A stretch of 64,000 nt of DNA from Hyphomicrobiales bacterium (GTDB taxonomy: Bacteria > Pseudomonadota > Alphaproteobacteria > Rhizobiales > TMED25), in NCBI GenBank assembly GCA_038131735.1, contig JAYPPX010000001.1, forward strand, positions 1,274,920 to 1,338,919, given 5' to 3'. Below are positions 63,352 to 64,000 of the stretch, piece by piece. Position 1 is the first letter of the stretch; each line of letters starts with the position of its first letter. The notes below the pieces were generated by a model, which was given only the letters and a program-made list of their open reading frames with translations, ran no database searches and was not told the DNA's origin. A program made the translations under genes and the position numbers.

Positions 63352-64000
63352 ACGCAAATGTCTCAAACTTATTATTAAGAATATCAACCACTAATAATTT
63401 CCCTACTAATGTATTTTCAAAACCTAAGCTTATTTTTATGGCCTCACCACCCATAATGGTTCCAACAAGAGTAGTTGTTATAGATAATACTCCTACGTCC
63501 GCACATGTTTCTTGATTACCTTCTAATGTTTCTTCATCAAATAAGTCCCTTATCTTTGGGTATTTAAGTTCATTGTTTGATGGTAAAATTGATGTAATCT
63601 GTCCCTCGAATGCTCTTACACTACCGAATATGTATGGTTTTTCAAGTTCTTGACATAGATCAGCTACTCTAAATCTAGTATTAAAATTATCTGTGCAGTC
63701 GACAATGATATCATATTTACTTATGATATCTTTAAATTCCTTATCCTTGACGTCAATTTGATAAGTATTAACTAATATATTTGGGTTTAATTGGTTCACA
63801 AATGTTTTGGCACTATCTACTTTTGGTAAACCCACGCTATTTACATTATGTATAAACTGTCTTTGTAAATTTGAAATATCTACTTTATCAAAATCGACTA
63901 TACCTATGCAGCCGACCCCTACACTTGACAAATGCATAATGACTGGTGCTCCCAAACCCCCGGCTCCAATTACTATTATTTTACTGTTTTTTAATTTTAA
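63338..64000 (-). CDS. MoeB/ThiF family adenylyltransferase (5' end beyond window)
   Basis: Frame open to the window edge: KIIVIGAGGLGAP, DFDKVDISNLQRQ, VDCTDNF, TCADVGVL. Confidence 0.92.
   Translation of the reverse strand, partial: LKLKNSKIIVIGAGGLGAPVIMHLSSVGVGCIGIVDFDKVDISNLQRQFIHNVNSVGLPKVDSAKTFVNQLNPNILVNTYQIDVKDKEFKDIISKYDIIVDCTDNFNTRFRVADLCQELEKPYIFGSVRAFEGQITSILPSNNELKYPKIRDLFDEETLEGNQETCADVGVLSITTTLVGTIMGGEAIKISLGFENTLVGKLLVVDILNNKFETFAYDSY

Overview
AT-rich (roughly 30% GC by eye), gene-dense chromosome segment of a streamlined, probably marine photic-zone alphaproteobacterium. Gene order from about 22.5 kb to the end is Rhizobiales/Hyphomicrobiales-like core synteny: gyrB-recF-grpE-hrcA / rph-rdgB-hemW-rsmI-gshB-olsB-mutS-glnD-murJ-trpS-usp-nfuA-tsaB-rimI-fur-olsA-miaB-phoH-ybeY-lnt-metK-trmB-rimP-nusA-infB-rbfA-truB-rpsO-pnp / fabI-fabB-fabA / irr. 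The first ~22.5 kb is accessory. It holds repair and redox genes, tRNA-Ala(GGC), a charge-bipolar secreted coiled-coil protein with a 33-bp tandem repeat, and an acyl-CoA ligase with an apparent frameshift. It also holds a co-oriented cluster in which a NavRh-type voltage-gated cation channel (S6 disrupted) sits directly upstream of a blue-tuned DTE proteorhodopsin, together with ceramidase-like, CutA, pirin, DCC and a previously uncalled DUF2256-like gene. Further along are a structured intergenic RNA candidate and a CoA-dependent catabolic module of unknown substrate. No CRISPR array, integrase, transposase or rRNA was seen. All family assignments come from motif recognition, not database searches.
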